DNA of 64,000 bases from an uncultured bacterium (GTDB lineage Bacteria > Patescibacteriota > Minisyncoccia > Phycocordibacterales > GWA1-40-21): positions 504 through 64,503 of the forward strand of contig CAIJNK010000011.1 of assembly GCA_903822075.1 (NCBI GenBank). Reading direction: 5' to 3'. Position numbers and translations under genes: made by a program. Positions 51,837 through 62,600 of this stretch are shown piece by piece. The stretch's first letter is position 1; every line of letters starts with the position of its first letter. The notes under the pieces are model-generated. The model did not search any database and was not told where the DNA came from. It saw only the letters and a list, made by a program, of their open reading frames with translations.

Positions 51837-52643
51837 TTAGAGGTCGAGATTAACCCCTGTCGTGAAGGCAATAGCCTTGCCTCTTGAATCATCATCAGCC
51901 GTGGCGGTGAGCGGTGCTATCCCCAGAACATCAATGACGTTCCAGGTCAGCTTTTTCGTGACTTTGACCTTGGCGCCAAAGTCCAACTGCCCTGACAGCA
52001 ACGCACCATATGGAGCCATTGCGTCGTCCCACTGAAGCCCAATCTTCTCGTAGGCTGTCAACCGCGGACTAAGCGTACACTCAGCATTCACGCTCGGCAT
52101 GATTGTGATCATACCACCTTCAATGTTTCGAATGTCGTGCCAATACTCCATTCGAACTTCGGCCGTGACCGCAACTGGCGCCCCTGCAAAAACCTGACCG
52201 AACAGACGCTTGGTATCAATTGTCCGGCCAAAAAATACATCGTAGGCCAGGGCATCGTTACCATTCATCACGCCAACCGGTAGGCAGTTCCAGTACGCCA
52301 CACGCAGCTTCAGGTAGTAATCTGACGGTAACACAAACGTTTTCCACAAATAAGCATCGAACTCGTCGACACCCTTGTTGTCCGCATCTGCGTCCGCCAA
52401 ATCCACGTACTCATCCACTTCGGCCATGAACCCCGCCGGCAAATTCAAACCACCGTCGAGATAAATGTACGGTTTATTGTAATACATCTGACTCGTGATC
52501 GGAGAGATTGCCTCCGACGAAACCGAAGCGGCCACATAGCCACTGGGCGTCCAACCTTGATCAACAACCGTAACTCCCGCCTGCGACCAAAGTCCGCCCA
52601 GAACCGCCAACGTTACCATTACCGCTATCAATGTACTCTTCAC
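51837..52643 (-). CDS. Secreted beta-barrel/porin-like protein, paralog 1
   Basis: Signal peptide, amphipathic beta strands, ends GVNLDL; paralog of 58718..59503. Confidence 0.55.
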   Translation of the reverse strand: MKSTLIAVMVTLAVLGGLWSQAGVTVVDQGWTPSGYVAASVSSEAISPITSQMYYNKPYIYLDGGLNLPAGFMAEVDEYVDLADADADNKGVDEFDAYLWKTFVLPSDYYLKLRVAYWNCLPVGVMNGNDALAYDVFFGRTIDTKRLFGQVFAGAPVAVTAEVRMEYWHDIRNIEGGMITIMPSVNAECTLSPRLTAYEKIGLQWDDAMAPYGALLSGQLDFGAKVKVTKKLTWNVIDVLGIAPLTATADDDSRGKAIAFTTGVNLDL

Positions 52644-52764
52644 GTTTCCTTCTCCTTCTGTGGGATCACCACACTAGTTACTTCCTGGACAACCTTTGTC
52701 CATCTGCCACAAGTGTAGCATACTTGATGGTAAAAGTCAAGCAAAATAATATATAAAATACCCA

Positions 52765-52796
52765 TAAAAAAACAGGTAGAGATTGCTCTCTACCTG
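52765..52796 (-). terminator. Terminator, copy of the fucI terminator
   Basis: 29/32 identical to 37441..37472 with a compensatory base pair. Confidence 0.75.
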
Positions 52797-52820
52797 TGCA
52801 CTTAACTGCAACATCGCCGC

Positions 52821-53765
52821 TTACATCTGCTCGAGTAGTTCACCCAGATCCCGAATGGCCAACCCCAAAATGGCGAGCTTCTGGTTCAACGGATTGTCTT
52901 CCGCCGGAGGGACACGGACTACTGCCCAGTCATTCCGGATGGAAAAGTTCCCCTCCTTGGCGGTTTGCGGAATTTCTTCCGCCACCCCGGACCAGAGCAG
53001 ACAATTCATTTGTTCGTAGAGTCTCTCCAGGTACTTCATGTTGTTCGCCACCTCTTGAACATCTTCCAAACTGCCCTGTCCCCCGGGAAGCATGATACCT
53101 TGGTTCACCTCATAGTAATCGAGAAGAGCAGCCTTCAACTTCCGGCAGATCAAGTACAAGGCCTTGAGAGTCGGGCTGGTGATTTTCCCGACAATGCTTT
53201 CTTCGGCTTTTTCATCGATCGGCGGCATTTCCAAACCGTCAAAGGACAGCTCCTTCTCGTCCCTGATCGCAAAAGCCTGCCTGACATCGGAAAAAAGAGT
53301 ATTCGCCGGATGTTCGATCTCCGGGAAAGGCCGATCAACCAGCCCTTTGGCTTTGTAACAGATGATCTGCCACCCAGCCCTCATTGCGGCGCCGGCCGGA
53401 ACAAAATACTCCGCTCCGGTTTGAAAGAGGGTGGTGAAGATACCCGCCGCGTCTGACAACGCCTCAATTCTCGTCTCATGCACCAGGCAATCCTGCTTGG
53501 TTTTGCACTCGTGCATAAGGTGCGCCGCCAGATGAGTTCTTGCGGCCAAATCCTGCTGGACCAAAAGGTCATATGCTCGGGAAAAGAAAGCCCGAACGAC
53601 GGGATCATTCAAAGTCCCCAGAACTCTCTCCTTCTTCGGGTTGAACGGTATCTGCGGTTCCTGGGTTGCCGTTATACTTCCGGCAAAAACCTGTCCCACC
53701 TGGGTAAAGATTCCCGCCTCAACAACCTTACTCGCGGCACCGTCTTTCACTACTGGCTCGGTCAT
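52821..53765 (-). CDS. Hypothetical protein with two internal repeats, stand-alone unit
   Basis: SD AAGGAG, promoter 53841..53867; repeats ending 'MRAGWQII' and 'IRNDWAVV'. Confidence 0.65.
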   Translation of the reverse strand: MTEPVVKDGAASKVVEAGIFTQVGQVFAGSITATQEPQIPFNPKKERVLGTLNDPVVRAFFSRAYDLLVQQDLAARTHLAAHLMHECKTKQDCLVHETRIEALSDAAGIFTTLFQTGAEYFVPAGAAMRAGWQIICYKAKGLVDRPFPEIEHPANTLFSDVRQAFAIRDEKELSFDGLEMPPIDEKAEESIVGKITSPTLKALYLICRKLKAALLDYYEVNQGIMLPGGQGSLEDVQEVANNMKYLERLYEQMNCLLWSGVAEEIPQTAKEGNFSIRNDWAVVRVPPAEDNPLNQKLAILGLAIRDLGELLEQM

Positions 53766-53875
53766 ACGCTGACTCCTTATTCTGTTATGTTCCTTTAGTT
53801 ACACCCAAACAGCTCTATCTGCTTGGATCCTGGACTGGACAATATACAAAAATATGACTTTTGTCAATAGAAAAA

Positions 53876-55564
53876 TTACAGTCCTTTCTTTTTCAAAAAA
53901 AGGCGAACCAAGCGTAATTCTTCAAAGGTAAACTGGCCACCAACTTTTTCTAAAAACTTCATTACCGGTGATAGACGTAATTCCCTATTATCACCGTAAG
54001 TGTCAGTGAAAGCTTTATATATTTTCTTGAATTTATTGAGCGATATTTCATTTTCCAAACCGCGGATATCCAGTGCCGAATCCTCGGTCAAAAGTTTCTC
54101 CAAGTGATCGAGCACCGTACCAATTTTTGTGCCCTTGGCAGCAGCAATTTCATTTAAGTTTAATCCCGCCTCCAAATATTTCCTCGTTTCTTCAAAAGTG
54201 GAGATTTTCGCTTTCTTTACTCGACCACTGGCGGTTCTCTCCGGTGAAATTTTTTCCAAAAACTTTTTTTGCTTTTCTTTTTTCTCGGCATCAGACAAAG
54301 AGAGCATCTCGGCCAAATGTTTGTTGGAAATAATTTTTATTTCTTCGTCAAAATCCAAAACTTCACCCCGGACTTGAGTGGCCATCTCATTCAGACCGAG
54401 CAAAGTAAGACCATCCAAAGACCGGACGCGAGACAGCGCCACATAGCCCATGCCCTTTTCAAAAGATTTTGATAAGTCCACTTCTATCGCATCGAGGCTC
54501 ATGCCCTGGCTTTTATGCACAGTAATCGCCCAAGCCAAACGCAGAGGATACTGGCCAATACTGGCTTTTGGCTTACCCTCTTCCTCAATGATCCAACTGG
54601 CGGGTTTGACATGAATAAGTTTGCCGTAGGAAGTCCGGACAATCGGACCATCCTGATCAAAACCCTCGACCTTACCCAAAGTGCCATTAACAAAGCCCTC
54701 TTCAAAATTATTTTTGACAAACATCACTTTAGCTCCCGCCTTTAACCGCAAAATTTCCGGGGCCAAACAACTTTTTACCAAAGAATCCACAAGCGGTTTT
54801 CGACCCTTACTCTCCATCGAAAATTCCCTTTGCTGACCATGGAGTTTTTGAAGTTCTCTTTGGTTTACAATATCCACGTCAATATTGTGAGTATACAAAC
54901 GAGTAGGCTCCAATCCTTGAAAAGTTTTTTTATCCTGCCGGTCAGTCAGATGTTTCAGCCCTTCACTCGATAATTTGTTCCGGCGAATCTCATTCAAAAC
55001 TTTTAGAAAAGCCGAGTCCGTCTGACGATGCTGCTCCTCCAGATAACAAATTTTAAAATCAGCCTCCTTCCAAATTTCCGCTTCATAAGCAAACTGGGCC
55101 AGCGGTTCGCCACTTCGGGCAATAGGCGGCAGCTGAAAAAAATCCCCGCAAAGGATCACTTGTATCCCACCAAAAGGCAACAAACTGTTTCTCATATACT
55201 GACAAATTTTATTTATCAAATCCAGACGGAAATGATGGAGCATGGAGACTTCGTCAATCACCAAGACTTGCGTGCGGTCAAAACGATCCCGCAAATATTT
55301 CCGCGTTTTTAATTCTTCCAGATCAAATTTGGTCAAAGAATCTTTGATCCCCATCCCAGTCCAGGAATGGATGGTGGTGCCGCCCATGTGCGTGGCCGCA
55401 ATCCCAGTGCTCGCCGTAATACCCACGTCCACGTAATTATCTTTCAAAAAATTAATATACCGGTTCAACAAGTGCGTCTTGCCACTGCCGGCCGGACCGG
55501 TCAAAAAAACATTGTGTCCAAGCTTTAGAATATTCAAGGCTTCATCTTGTGTCATGTCCCTCAT
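53876..55564 (-). CDS. PIF1-family DNA helicase with C-terminal HTH
   Basis: GPAGSGKT, 'IDEVSM', 'GDFFQLPP', 'AWAITVHKSQG', 'YVALSR'. Confidence 0.92.
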   Translation of the reverse strand: MRDMTQDEALNILKLGHNVFLTGPAGSGKTHLLNRYINFLKDNYVDVGITASTGIAATHMGGTTIHSWTGMGIKDSLTKFDLEELKTRKYLRDRFDRTQVLVIDEVSMLHHFRLDLINKICQYMRNSLLPFGGIQVILCGDFFQLPPIARSGEPLAQFAYEAEIWKEADFKICYLEEQHRQTDSAFLKVLNEIRRNKLSSEGLKHLTDRQDKKTFQGLEPTRLYTHNIDVDIVNQRELQKLHGQQREFSMESKGRKPLVDSLVKSCLAPEILRLKAGAKVMFVKNNFEEGFVNGTLGKVEGFDQDGPIVRTSYGKLIHVKPASWIIEEEGKPKASIGQYPLRLAWAITVHKSQGMSLDAIEVDLSKSFEKGMGYVALSRVRSLDGLTLLGLNEMATQVRGEVLDFDEEIKIISNKHLAEMLSLSDAEKKEKQKKFLEKISPERTASGRVKKAKISTFEETRKYLEAGLNLNEIAAAKGTKIGTVLDHLEKLLTEDSALDIRGLENEISLNKFKKIYKAFTDTYGDNRELRLSPVMKFLEKVGGQFTFEELRLVRLFLKKKGL

Positions 55565-55667
55565 TCTAGCATAGAAAAATTATAATATTCTCTCACTTGA
55601 CAAAAAAGAAGTATTCGTGTAGAATTTAGTGAGTTAGAGAAGTACAAAAAACCATGAGGAGCAATAA

Positions 55668-56066
55668 ATGAAGATCAGGATTGACGTGATTTTGGACCCG
55701 CACCAGACAAATCTGTTTTCTTCCGGCGAGCGCGTGGATGCATTTCTTCAGAATGAAGTGGCGCCTATCGTGAGAAGAGAGTTTGAAACCACGAAGACTG
55801 CCGGCCGGGTAGACATCGGTTTGAATATCGTTGGCACGGTCAAGACGATCGGGATGTCAGACATTCAGATTGTCGTCTACTACTCAACGATGGGCTTACC
55901 GGATCTTTGGGTTAGCCTGCGCGAGTCGATAAAGAGGCAGATCGGGGTAGTATTCAATCAGACTCGTTGCTTCGAGCGTTCGTCCCCTCTTTTAACCCTC
56001 TCGGTAGACTGTCTGGCGGAACAAGGTGAAGGTCCCATGACCTTCACCCACGCCCCCATTCGGTGA
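55668..56066 (+). CDS. Hypothetical orphan protein in a stand-alone unit
   Basis: TTGACA...TAGAAT at 55597..55625, SD GAGGAG, hairpin 56081..56115. Confidence 0.6.
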   Translation: MKIRIDVILDPHQTNLFSSGERVDAFLQNEVAPIVRREFETTKTAGRVDIGLNIVGTVKTIGMSDIQIVVYYSTMGLPDLWVSLRESIKRQIGVVFNQTRCFERSSPLLTLSVDCLAEQGEGPMTFTHAPIR

Positions 56067-56153
56067 AATATCGACAAGGTTAGCCCGACAGATCGCACTC
56101 GCGACTGTCGGGCTATATTATTATTTACTGAAATTTTGTGCTAACATTTACAC

Positions 56154-56399
56154 ATGATTAATTATCAAGATCAAATGGGAACAATAGAAAATCAAATAAA
56201 TAGTCCGGAAGATATTCAACGAGTGACCCTGGCACGTGGTGAAGCAGAGACCAATTTAGGTGTCATGGGAAATAATGACAGTGAGAGAGACCGCATAGAA
56301 ATGATTTGGCAGAATTTTGAAAGTAGAAAGATTAATGCCGATAAAGCAATTGAGGATTTGAATCTGGTTTGGCGTTCCAAGCAAATGGGGGCAATGTAA
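56154..56399 (+). CDS. Hypothetical small protein (leaderless)
   Basis: TGCTAACAT-N6-ATG. Confidence 0.55.
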   Translation: MINYQDQMGTIENQINSPEDIQRVTLARGEAETNLGVMGNNDSERDRIEMIWQNFESRKINADKAIEDLNLVWRSKQMGAM

Positions 56400-56459
56400 T
56401 TTCTAAAACCCAAACAAACAAAAACCGTTCATAGCAGAACGGTTTCTGCGTTTGAACGG

Positions 56460-57029
56460 TTAGATTAGAGACATACCCATGTAATCGTGTTGGCCGACTT
56501 TCTTGCACTGCGCATCTTCAATGTACTCATGCCCATAGAAGTCAGAAAAGTCCGCGGTTTCTCCAAGGTTGAAATAAACGAATAACTTCTCTGACTTAAC
56601 CCGGAAAGGACCGCGTCCGCCACGGAACAGTTTACTCTGGTAAGCCTTGCAAAGGACTTCCTTCAGGAACGGAATCACTTCCTTCGGATATGACCCCTGG
56701 TAGGACATCCGCCAGACCGGCAGCCAGCCAGACCAAGATTCAAGTTTGAAGAAAATGGTTGTGGTCCCGGCCGAAGCGTCCGACTGACCGTTGGTCACCA
56801 GCCATTCGTCCACCATCTTGAAGTGGCCAATCCACATGGACACCGTTTTGCGCCACCGGGTCTTGGTCACTTTGACCCTCGTGCCGGTCGGTGACTTCCG
56901 GCGCTTTCCGCCGGCATAACCCAAGAGCATGCCCATAAAAAACACTTCTTGGGCACCGATTAAGATGGCTTTCCTCTCTGTGCCATCTAGGATCTTCATT
57001 CCCGCCTTAGCCTTTTTTGTCTTCTTCAT
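56460..57029 (-). CDS. DUF5680-like protein
   Basis: 'PVWRMSYQG', 'FLKEVL', 'FRGGRGP', 'FYGHEYI'. Confidence 0.6.
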   Translation of the reverse strand: MKKTKKAKAGMKILDGTERKAILIGAQEVFFMGMLLGYAGGKRRKSPTGTRVKVTKTRWRKTVSMWIGHFKMVDEWLVTNGQSDASAGTTTIFFKLESWSGWLPVWRMSYQGSYPKEVIPFLKEVLCKAYQSKLFRGGRGPFRVKSEKLFVYFNLGETADFSDFYGHEYIEDAQCKKVGQHDYMGMSLI

Positions 57030-57149
57030 GTCTTCCCCTCTTTTGTGTTTGCCTCAAATACCAAATCTGCTTATCTATTCAAATACTACTCATTTTTAGC
57101 ATATATGTCAAGCCGAGTAAGGCATCTGAATTTTGTGTATAATGTTCAC

Positions 57150-57866
57150 ATGAAATACGAAAATAAAGATTTGTTGGATTTATATAAGTTAAAAGCCGAG
57201 GAGCATTGGCATACGATGTTTAACCCAATGTTGAAATATTTGGGTAACCTTGAAGGTAAAAGGATTTTAGATATCGGTTGTGGATCAGGCGAGCTTACAA
57301 ACAAAATGGCCGAAACCGCAGGGCAAGTTACTGGTCTGGATTTATCACCTAAATGGATTGAGTATTGTAAAATTAGTTACCAAAGGAAAAATCTCTCTTT
57401 TGTCCAAGGTAGTGCCACTGACCTAAAAATGTTTCCGGATGACTATTTTGACATTATAATAATGAACCTGGTTTTGCCAAATATTTATAAAGTAGCCGAC
57501 ATGGAAAAGATATTTTTAGAAATTAAAAGAGTGACAAGAATATCTGGCGAGTTTATTTTTAGTGATGTTCACCCAATTTTGAAAATGACCAAAAAAGAAG
57601 GGGCACGCAGGCAAGAATATTCCAAAGGTTTCTCTTATTTCAAGGAGGGTTCAAAGCTTTCTGTTATTGTTGCCTTGCCAAATAAAAAGGAAATAGAGTT
57701 CGAAGACGCACACTGGTCTCTTTCTTTTTACTCAGACTTAATTGAGAAATATGGCTTTGGCCTTGTTAAAATAATCGAATCCAATTACCCTAAAAACGCT
57801 CCCAAAAAGTTTTTCCGTTATTCCTTCCCCGAATATATCACCTTTTGTTGCAAGAAATTAAAATGA
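57150..57866 (+). CDS. Class I SAM-dependent methyltransferase
   Basis: 'ILDIGCGSG', 'GLDLS', 'FSDVHP'; TATAAT-N6-ATG start at 57150. Confidence 0.85.
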   Translation: MKYENKDLLDLYKLKAEEHWHTMFNPMLKYLGNLEGKRILDIGCGSGELTNKMAETAGQVTGLDLSPKWIEYCKISYQRKNLSFVQGSATDLKMFPDDYFDIIIMNLVLPNIYKVADMEKIFLEIKRVTRISGEFIFSDVHPILKMTKKEGARRQEYSKGFSYFKEGSKLSVIVALPNKKEIEFEDAHWSLSFYSDLIEKYGFGLVKIIESNYPKNAPKKFFRYSFPEYITFCCKKLK

Positions 57867-57893
57867 TCGTTGAGTTTTTTCCAAAGGAATAAT

Positions 57894-58598
57894 CTATTTC
57901 AAACGTATTTCATAAATAGAAACAGGACCTTTTTGTATGCCTGCAGTCACTTTTAGATTGAATCTCTCTGAAACAATATAGCCATGTTTTGGAGCCTGAA
58001 CGGCAGGATTATTAACCGGCCCGGCCAAATGAAAATAATTCATTATTATGACTCCATCCTTATTAAGGAATTTTTTGACATCTTCAAAAAATCTATGAAT
58101 CAGACTTCCACGTTTAATTATTGAAAAATCTACAGAAAGCTGTTCGCTCATTGGTCCGTCAGAAAAGAATTGATGATTAAAAACGATGACGTCAAACTTT
58201 TGCGACTTAATATTCACAAATAAATCGCTTTCAACCACTTTGATCTTTTTTGAGAGTTCGTAATTATTAATATTTAAATTTGTATTTTTTACAGCCACAC
58301 CATCGACATCAGAGCAAATTACCTTCTTGGCTCCGCACAGGGCCATAACAACGCCCAGAATTCCTGTTCCACAGCCGACATCAATCACCGATTTATTTTT
58401 GTATAGTCCATTATTCAAGCAAAGCCACTGCGCCAATTGCAAGGAAGACATTATTTCCGGCCTCAGAATATTAGCAGACACCAAGAAATTTTTTAAAACA
58501 AGACCGCCGGCAATTTCAATATCAGTTTTGTATTCCGAATGGCCGTGAGCCTTAAGTTGTAAAGCGACCTGCGTCTTCTGTTGAGGATTTAATTTCAT
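57894..58598 (-). CDS. SAM-dependent methyltransferase (PrmA/HemK-like)
   Basis: 'VIDVGCGTG', 'ESDLF', 'FDVIVFNHQF' (NPPY-like position). Confidence 0.8.
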   Translation of the reverse strand: MKLNPQQKTQVALQLKAHGHSEYKTDIEIAGGLVLKNFLVSANILRPEIMSSLQLAQWLCLNNGLYKNKSVIDVGCGTGILGVVMALCGAKKVICSDVDGVAVKNTNLNINNYELSKKIKVVESDLFVNIKSQKFDVIVFNHQFFSDGPMSEQLSVDFSIIKRGSLIHRFFEDVKKFLNKDGVIIMNYFHLAGPVNNPAVQAPKHGYIVSERFNLKVTAGIQKGPVSIYEIRLK

Positions 58599-58717
58599 AT
58601 ATTCATAAGCATAACAAAAAAAATAAGCAGTTAAAAGAGCCGCAACGTTTCCGTTGCGGCCCAGTCCTTTCGATATACTTACTTCTTTGTGCTTTTTACT
58701 TCTTCAGGATCACCTGA

Positions 58718-59503
58718 TTAGAAGTTGCCCGTTACGGCCATGGCAATGCTGATTACTCCACCTTGCCGAGGATCTTTTGGACCAGCGTCCCCGAGCGGAA
58801 TAACTCCCGTGACATCCACGGCGTTCCACTGTAAGGATTTGCTCAAGGGGATCTTGATCCCACACTGTGCTTGTCCGGACAGCAGCTCGCTAAATGGAGC
58901 CATCTCGTTATTCCATTGTAGGCTAAGCCGATCATAAGCCAAGAAGCCAACAGCCTCCCCTAGCCGATATTCGTGCGTCACGCTTGGTATGATCGACACC
59001 ATACCATTGTTCGCATCACGCACATAGTTCCAGTATTCGACCCGGATCTCAGCACCGACAGCGTTGCGCTCGTCGCATTTCCACTTCCGGCCCAAGAACA
59101 CGTCATACGCCAGAACGTCATTCCCGTTCCCCGTACCTACCGGATATCCGTCGCACCATTTCAGACGGAATTTCAGATAACCGCTGTTTGGCAGGATGAT
59201 TTTCTTCCACAAGCAAGCGTCGAACTCATCCCCCTTGTCCCCGTCCAGATCAGCATTGTTCAGCCCGGCGTATTCGATCAGCTCAGCCGCAAACCCCTGC
59301 GGCAAATTCAGCCAACCGTCAACCATCGCCTGGGGCTTGTCGTACTTATCGAACGAAATGGTCGGGTGGATGTTTTTCGTTTGAACCATCATCGTCATAC
59401 TGCCACTCGGCACCCAGTCGGTCGTCGGCACCGCTTTGGCACCGAACGCAACGAGCCCAACCAACACTACCATCGCCATCATTTTCAACGTACTCTTCTT
59501 CAC
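58718..59503 (-). CDS. Secreted beta-barrel/porin-like protein, paralog 2
   Basis: Signal AKA-V, shares 'LNLP.GF', 'DEFDA.LWK', 'NGND.LAYDVF.GR', 'LLSGQ' with paralog 1; C-terminal Phe. Confidence 0.55.
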   Translation of the reverse strand: MKKSTLKMMAMVVLVGLVAFGAKAVPTTDWVPSGSMTMMVQTKNIHPTISFDKYDKPQAMVDGWLNLPQGFAAELIEYAGLNNADLDGDKGDEFDACLWKKIILPNSGYLKFRLKWCDGYPVGTGNGNDVLAYDVFLGRKWKCDERNAVGAEIRVEYWNYVRDANNGMVSIIPSVTHEYRLGEAVGFLAYDRLSLQWNNEMAPFSELLSGQAQCGIKIPLSKSLQWNAVDVTGVIPLGDAGPKDPRQGGVISIAMAVTGNF

Positions 59504-59663
59504 TCTCTCATCTCCTTCTGCGGATTGTCCGCCAACATCACTTGACTAAGTGAACTCTTAGTAGTATAGCATACTCTGGTTTAAAAGTCAAGCGATGGAA
59601 TAGGCTTAAAAAATAAGTAAAGTAAAGGTTTATCATTTTAACTTTATAGACTATAATGCCCAC

Positions 59664-62600
59664 ATGTCCTCCAAATTTATTCATCTGCATGTACATTCCC
59701 ACTATTCTCTGCTTAATGCCTTACCAAAAATTCCGGAGTTGGTAAAAGAAGCCAAGAAGTACGGCATGAACGCTCTGGCTTTGACGGATAATGCCAACCT
59801 CTACGGCGCCATAGAATTTTACAAAGCCTGTAAGAAAGCGGAGATAAAACCAATACTGGGTTCAGATTTTTATATGGCCGCCCGAACCAGATTTGACAAA
59901 CAAGGTGGGGTGGACAACCGACGCTCCCGCTTGATACTTTTAGTAAAAGATTTATCTGGTTATCATAACCTGATAAAACTAGTCACTCAGGCCAACCTGG
60001 AAGGTTTTTATTACAAGCCGCGAATCGATAAGGAATTAATAGAAAAATATAGTGAGGGACTGATTTGTATCTCCCCGTCTTTCTCGGGTGCCACCACGCA
60101 AGCTTTGAAAAATGGCAATATCGAAGAAGCGCACCGATTAATTTCCTGGTACAAACAGATTTACGGCAAGGAGAATTTCTACTTGGAATTAACTCATCAT
60201 CCGGAAATCGAAGGGCACGAGGAAATTATGAAAAAGATTATCCGATTGGCGCATGAAACCAACACTCCCTTGGTCGCCGCTCATGACACCTACTACTTGC
60301 ACCAGGAAGACAAGAAAGCCAGAGACACCTTAATGCTAGTAAACACAGCCGGTGACTTTTCCGACAAGAACTCTGACAGTAATGAAGAAGATTTCTCTTT
60401 CATTGATCAGGAGCGCGCGGAGATACTTTTTGCCGATACGCCGGAGGCTTTGGCTAATACGGTAAAAATTGCAGAGCGATGTAACTTAGAATTAAAACTT
60501 GGCACCTGGGTCTTTCCAGATTTTAAAGTGGAGAGCGGATTAAAACCAGATGATGAATTGAAAAGATTGGCTTACGAAGGTTTTAAGGTGCGCGGTTTGG
60601 AACAAACAAAAGAGTATGTGGATCGTCTGGAATACGAACTTAAGGTGATTAAAGACAAAGGTTACTCCCCTTATTTTTTAGTGGTGGCCGACTTGCTGCA
60701 CTTTGCTCATGCTCATAATATTTTGACAAACATCAGAGGATCGGTGGCCGGCTCTCTAACTACTTATCTGACAAAAATTACGAACGTGGACCCAATTGAT
60801 TTCAAACTGCCGTTCGAAAGATTTCTAAACCCTGAACGCCCCTCCGCTCCCGATATTGATATGGACTACGCAGATAATCGGCGGGATGAAGTGATTGCTT
60901 ACGCCAAAACCAAATATGGGGCGGATAAGGTGGCGCAAATCGGTACTTTTGGAACCATGATGGCGCGCGGTTCGGTGAAAGATGTGGCCAGAGCAATGGG
61001 TTTTCCTTATACTCTCGGTGACCGTATTTCCAAGCTTATTCCAATGGGCGCGCAGGGTTTTCCAATGACTATCGATAAGGCTTTGACCGACGTGGCAGAA
61101 TTAAAAAAAATGTATGACGAAGAAGAGGATGTAAAAACGATTATTGATATGGCGAAAAAAGTGGAGGGTTGTGCTCGACACATTTCTGTTCATGCTGCTG
61201 GTGTAGTGATGGCTCCCAGTCCCCTCACGGATTTTACCGCTCTGCAGTTTGATACAAAAGGTGAAGAAAAGATTATCACTCAATATGACATGCACGCCGT
61301 GGAAGATGCCGGGCTTTTGAAGTTTGATTTTTTGGGCATTAAGAACTTGGCCATACTTTCGAATGCCGTAACTTTGGCTAAGAAAATCGACGGGGTGGAA
61401 GTAGATATTGAAAACATTCCGATGAATGACGCTAAAACTTTTGAACTATTGGCTAAAGGTGAGACTACTGGTCTTTTCCAGCTGAACGGCACAGGGATGA
61501 CCAAATACCTGAAAGAGTTGAAACCTTCTACCATTCATGATATCAACGCCATGGTAGCTCTCTATCGTCCTGGACCGCTCGACTCCATTCCGGAATATAT
61601 TAAAAGAAAACATAATTCTCGGACGATTCGTTTCTTGGATCCGCGCATGAAAGAAATTCTGGCACAGTCTTTCGGAGTGATCACTTACCAAGATGACGTC
61701 ATGCTAATTGCTATAAAACTGGGTGGCTATTCCTGGCTCGAAGCCGATAAGCTCCGTAAGGCTATGGGTAAGAAAATCCCAGCCGAAATGGAGGCTCAAA
61801 AAAGCAAACTTAAAGAAGGTCTTTTGAAAAACGGCATGACTCAGGAAAAAGCGGATGAATTGTGGGCACTAATTGAACCCTTTGCCGCCTATGGATTTAA
61901 CAAAGCACATGCAGCGAGCTATGGCCGGGTGGCCTATCAAACCGCCTACATGAAAGCCAACTTCCCAGCCACCTATATGGCCAGTGTTTTGACGGCAGAT
62001 TCCGGCGATGTGGAAAAAATTGCCGAATTTATCAACGATTGCAAAAGAATGGACATACCAGTGCTCCCGCCAAATATCAATGAAAGCTTTCAGGCTTTCA
62101 CCGTCATCAAAGCCAAACTGCCGGGGGAAAAAGATACCATCCGTTTCGGACTGACCACCATCAAAAACTTTGGTGAAGGTATTGCTAACAGCATCATTGA
62201 AGAAAGAAAAAAAAATGGCAAGTTTATTTCTTTGGCCAATTTTCTGGACCGGATCAAGGACCGAAATTTGAACAAAAAATCACTAGAGGCTTTGATCAAG
62301 GCCGGTGCCATGGATGAATTTGGCGAGCGCGGAATTATGCTTGCTAATGTAGAAAATATGCTCACTTATTCGAAGGAGGCCGGAAAAATGTCTGAGAATC
62401 AGGACTCACTTTTTGGCGCCTATATAACAGAAATGGGTGACGTAAATAATTTCAAGCTGCAAGAGGCACCAGCCGCGTTGCCACTCGAAAAATTAGGCTG
62501 GGAAAGAGAACTCCTAGGTTTGTATCTCTCCGGCCATCCGCTAGATAAATTCAAAAAAATTATTGACGAGAAAAATTACAGTATAAAAAATATAAAAACT

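Noticed and set aside
36000-53870. Prophage, ICE or transposon as the island vehicle
   Set aside because: No integrase, transposase, phage structural gene, tRNA site or terminal direct repeat was seen.
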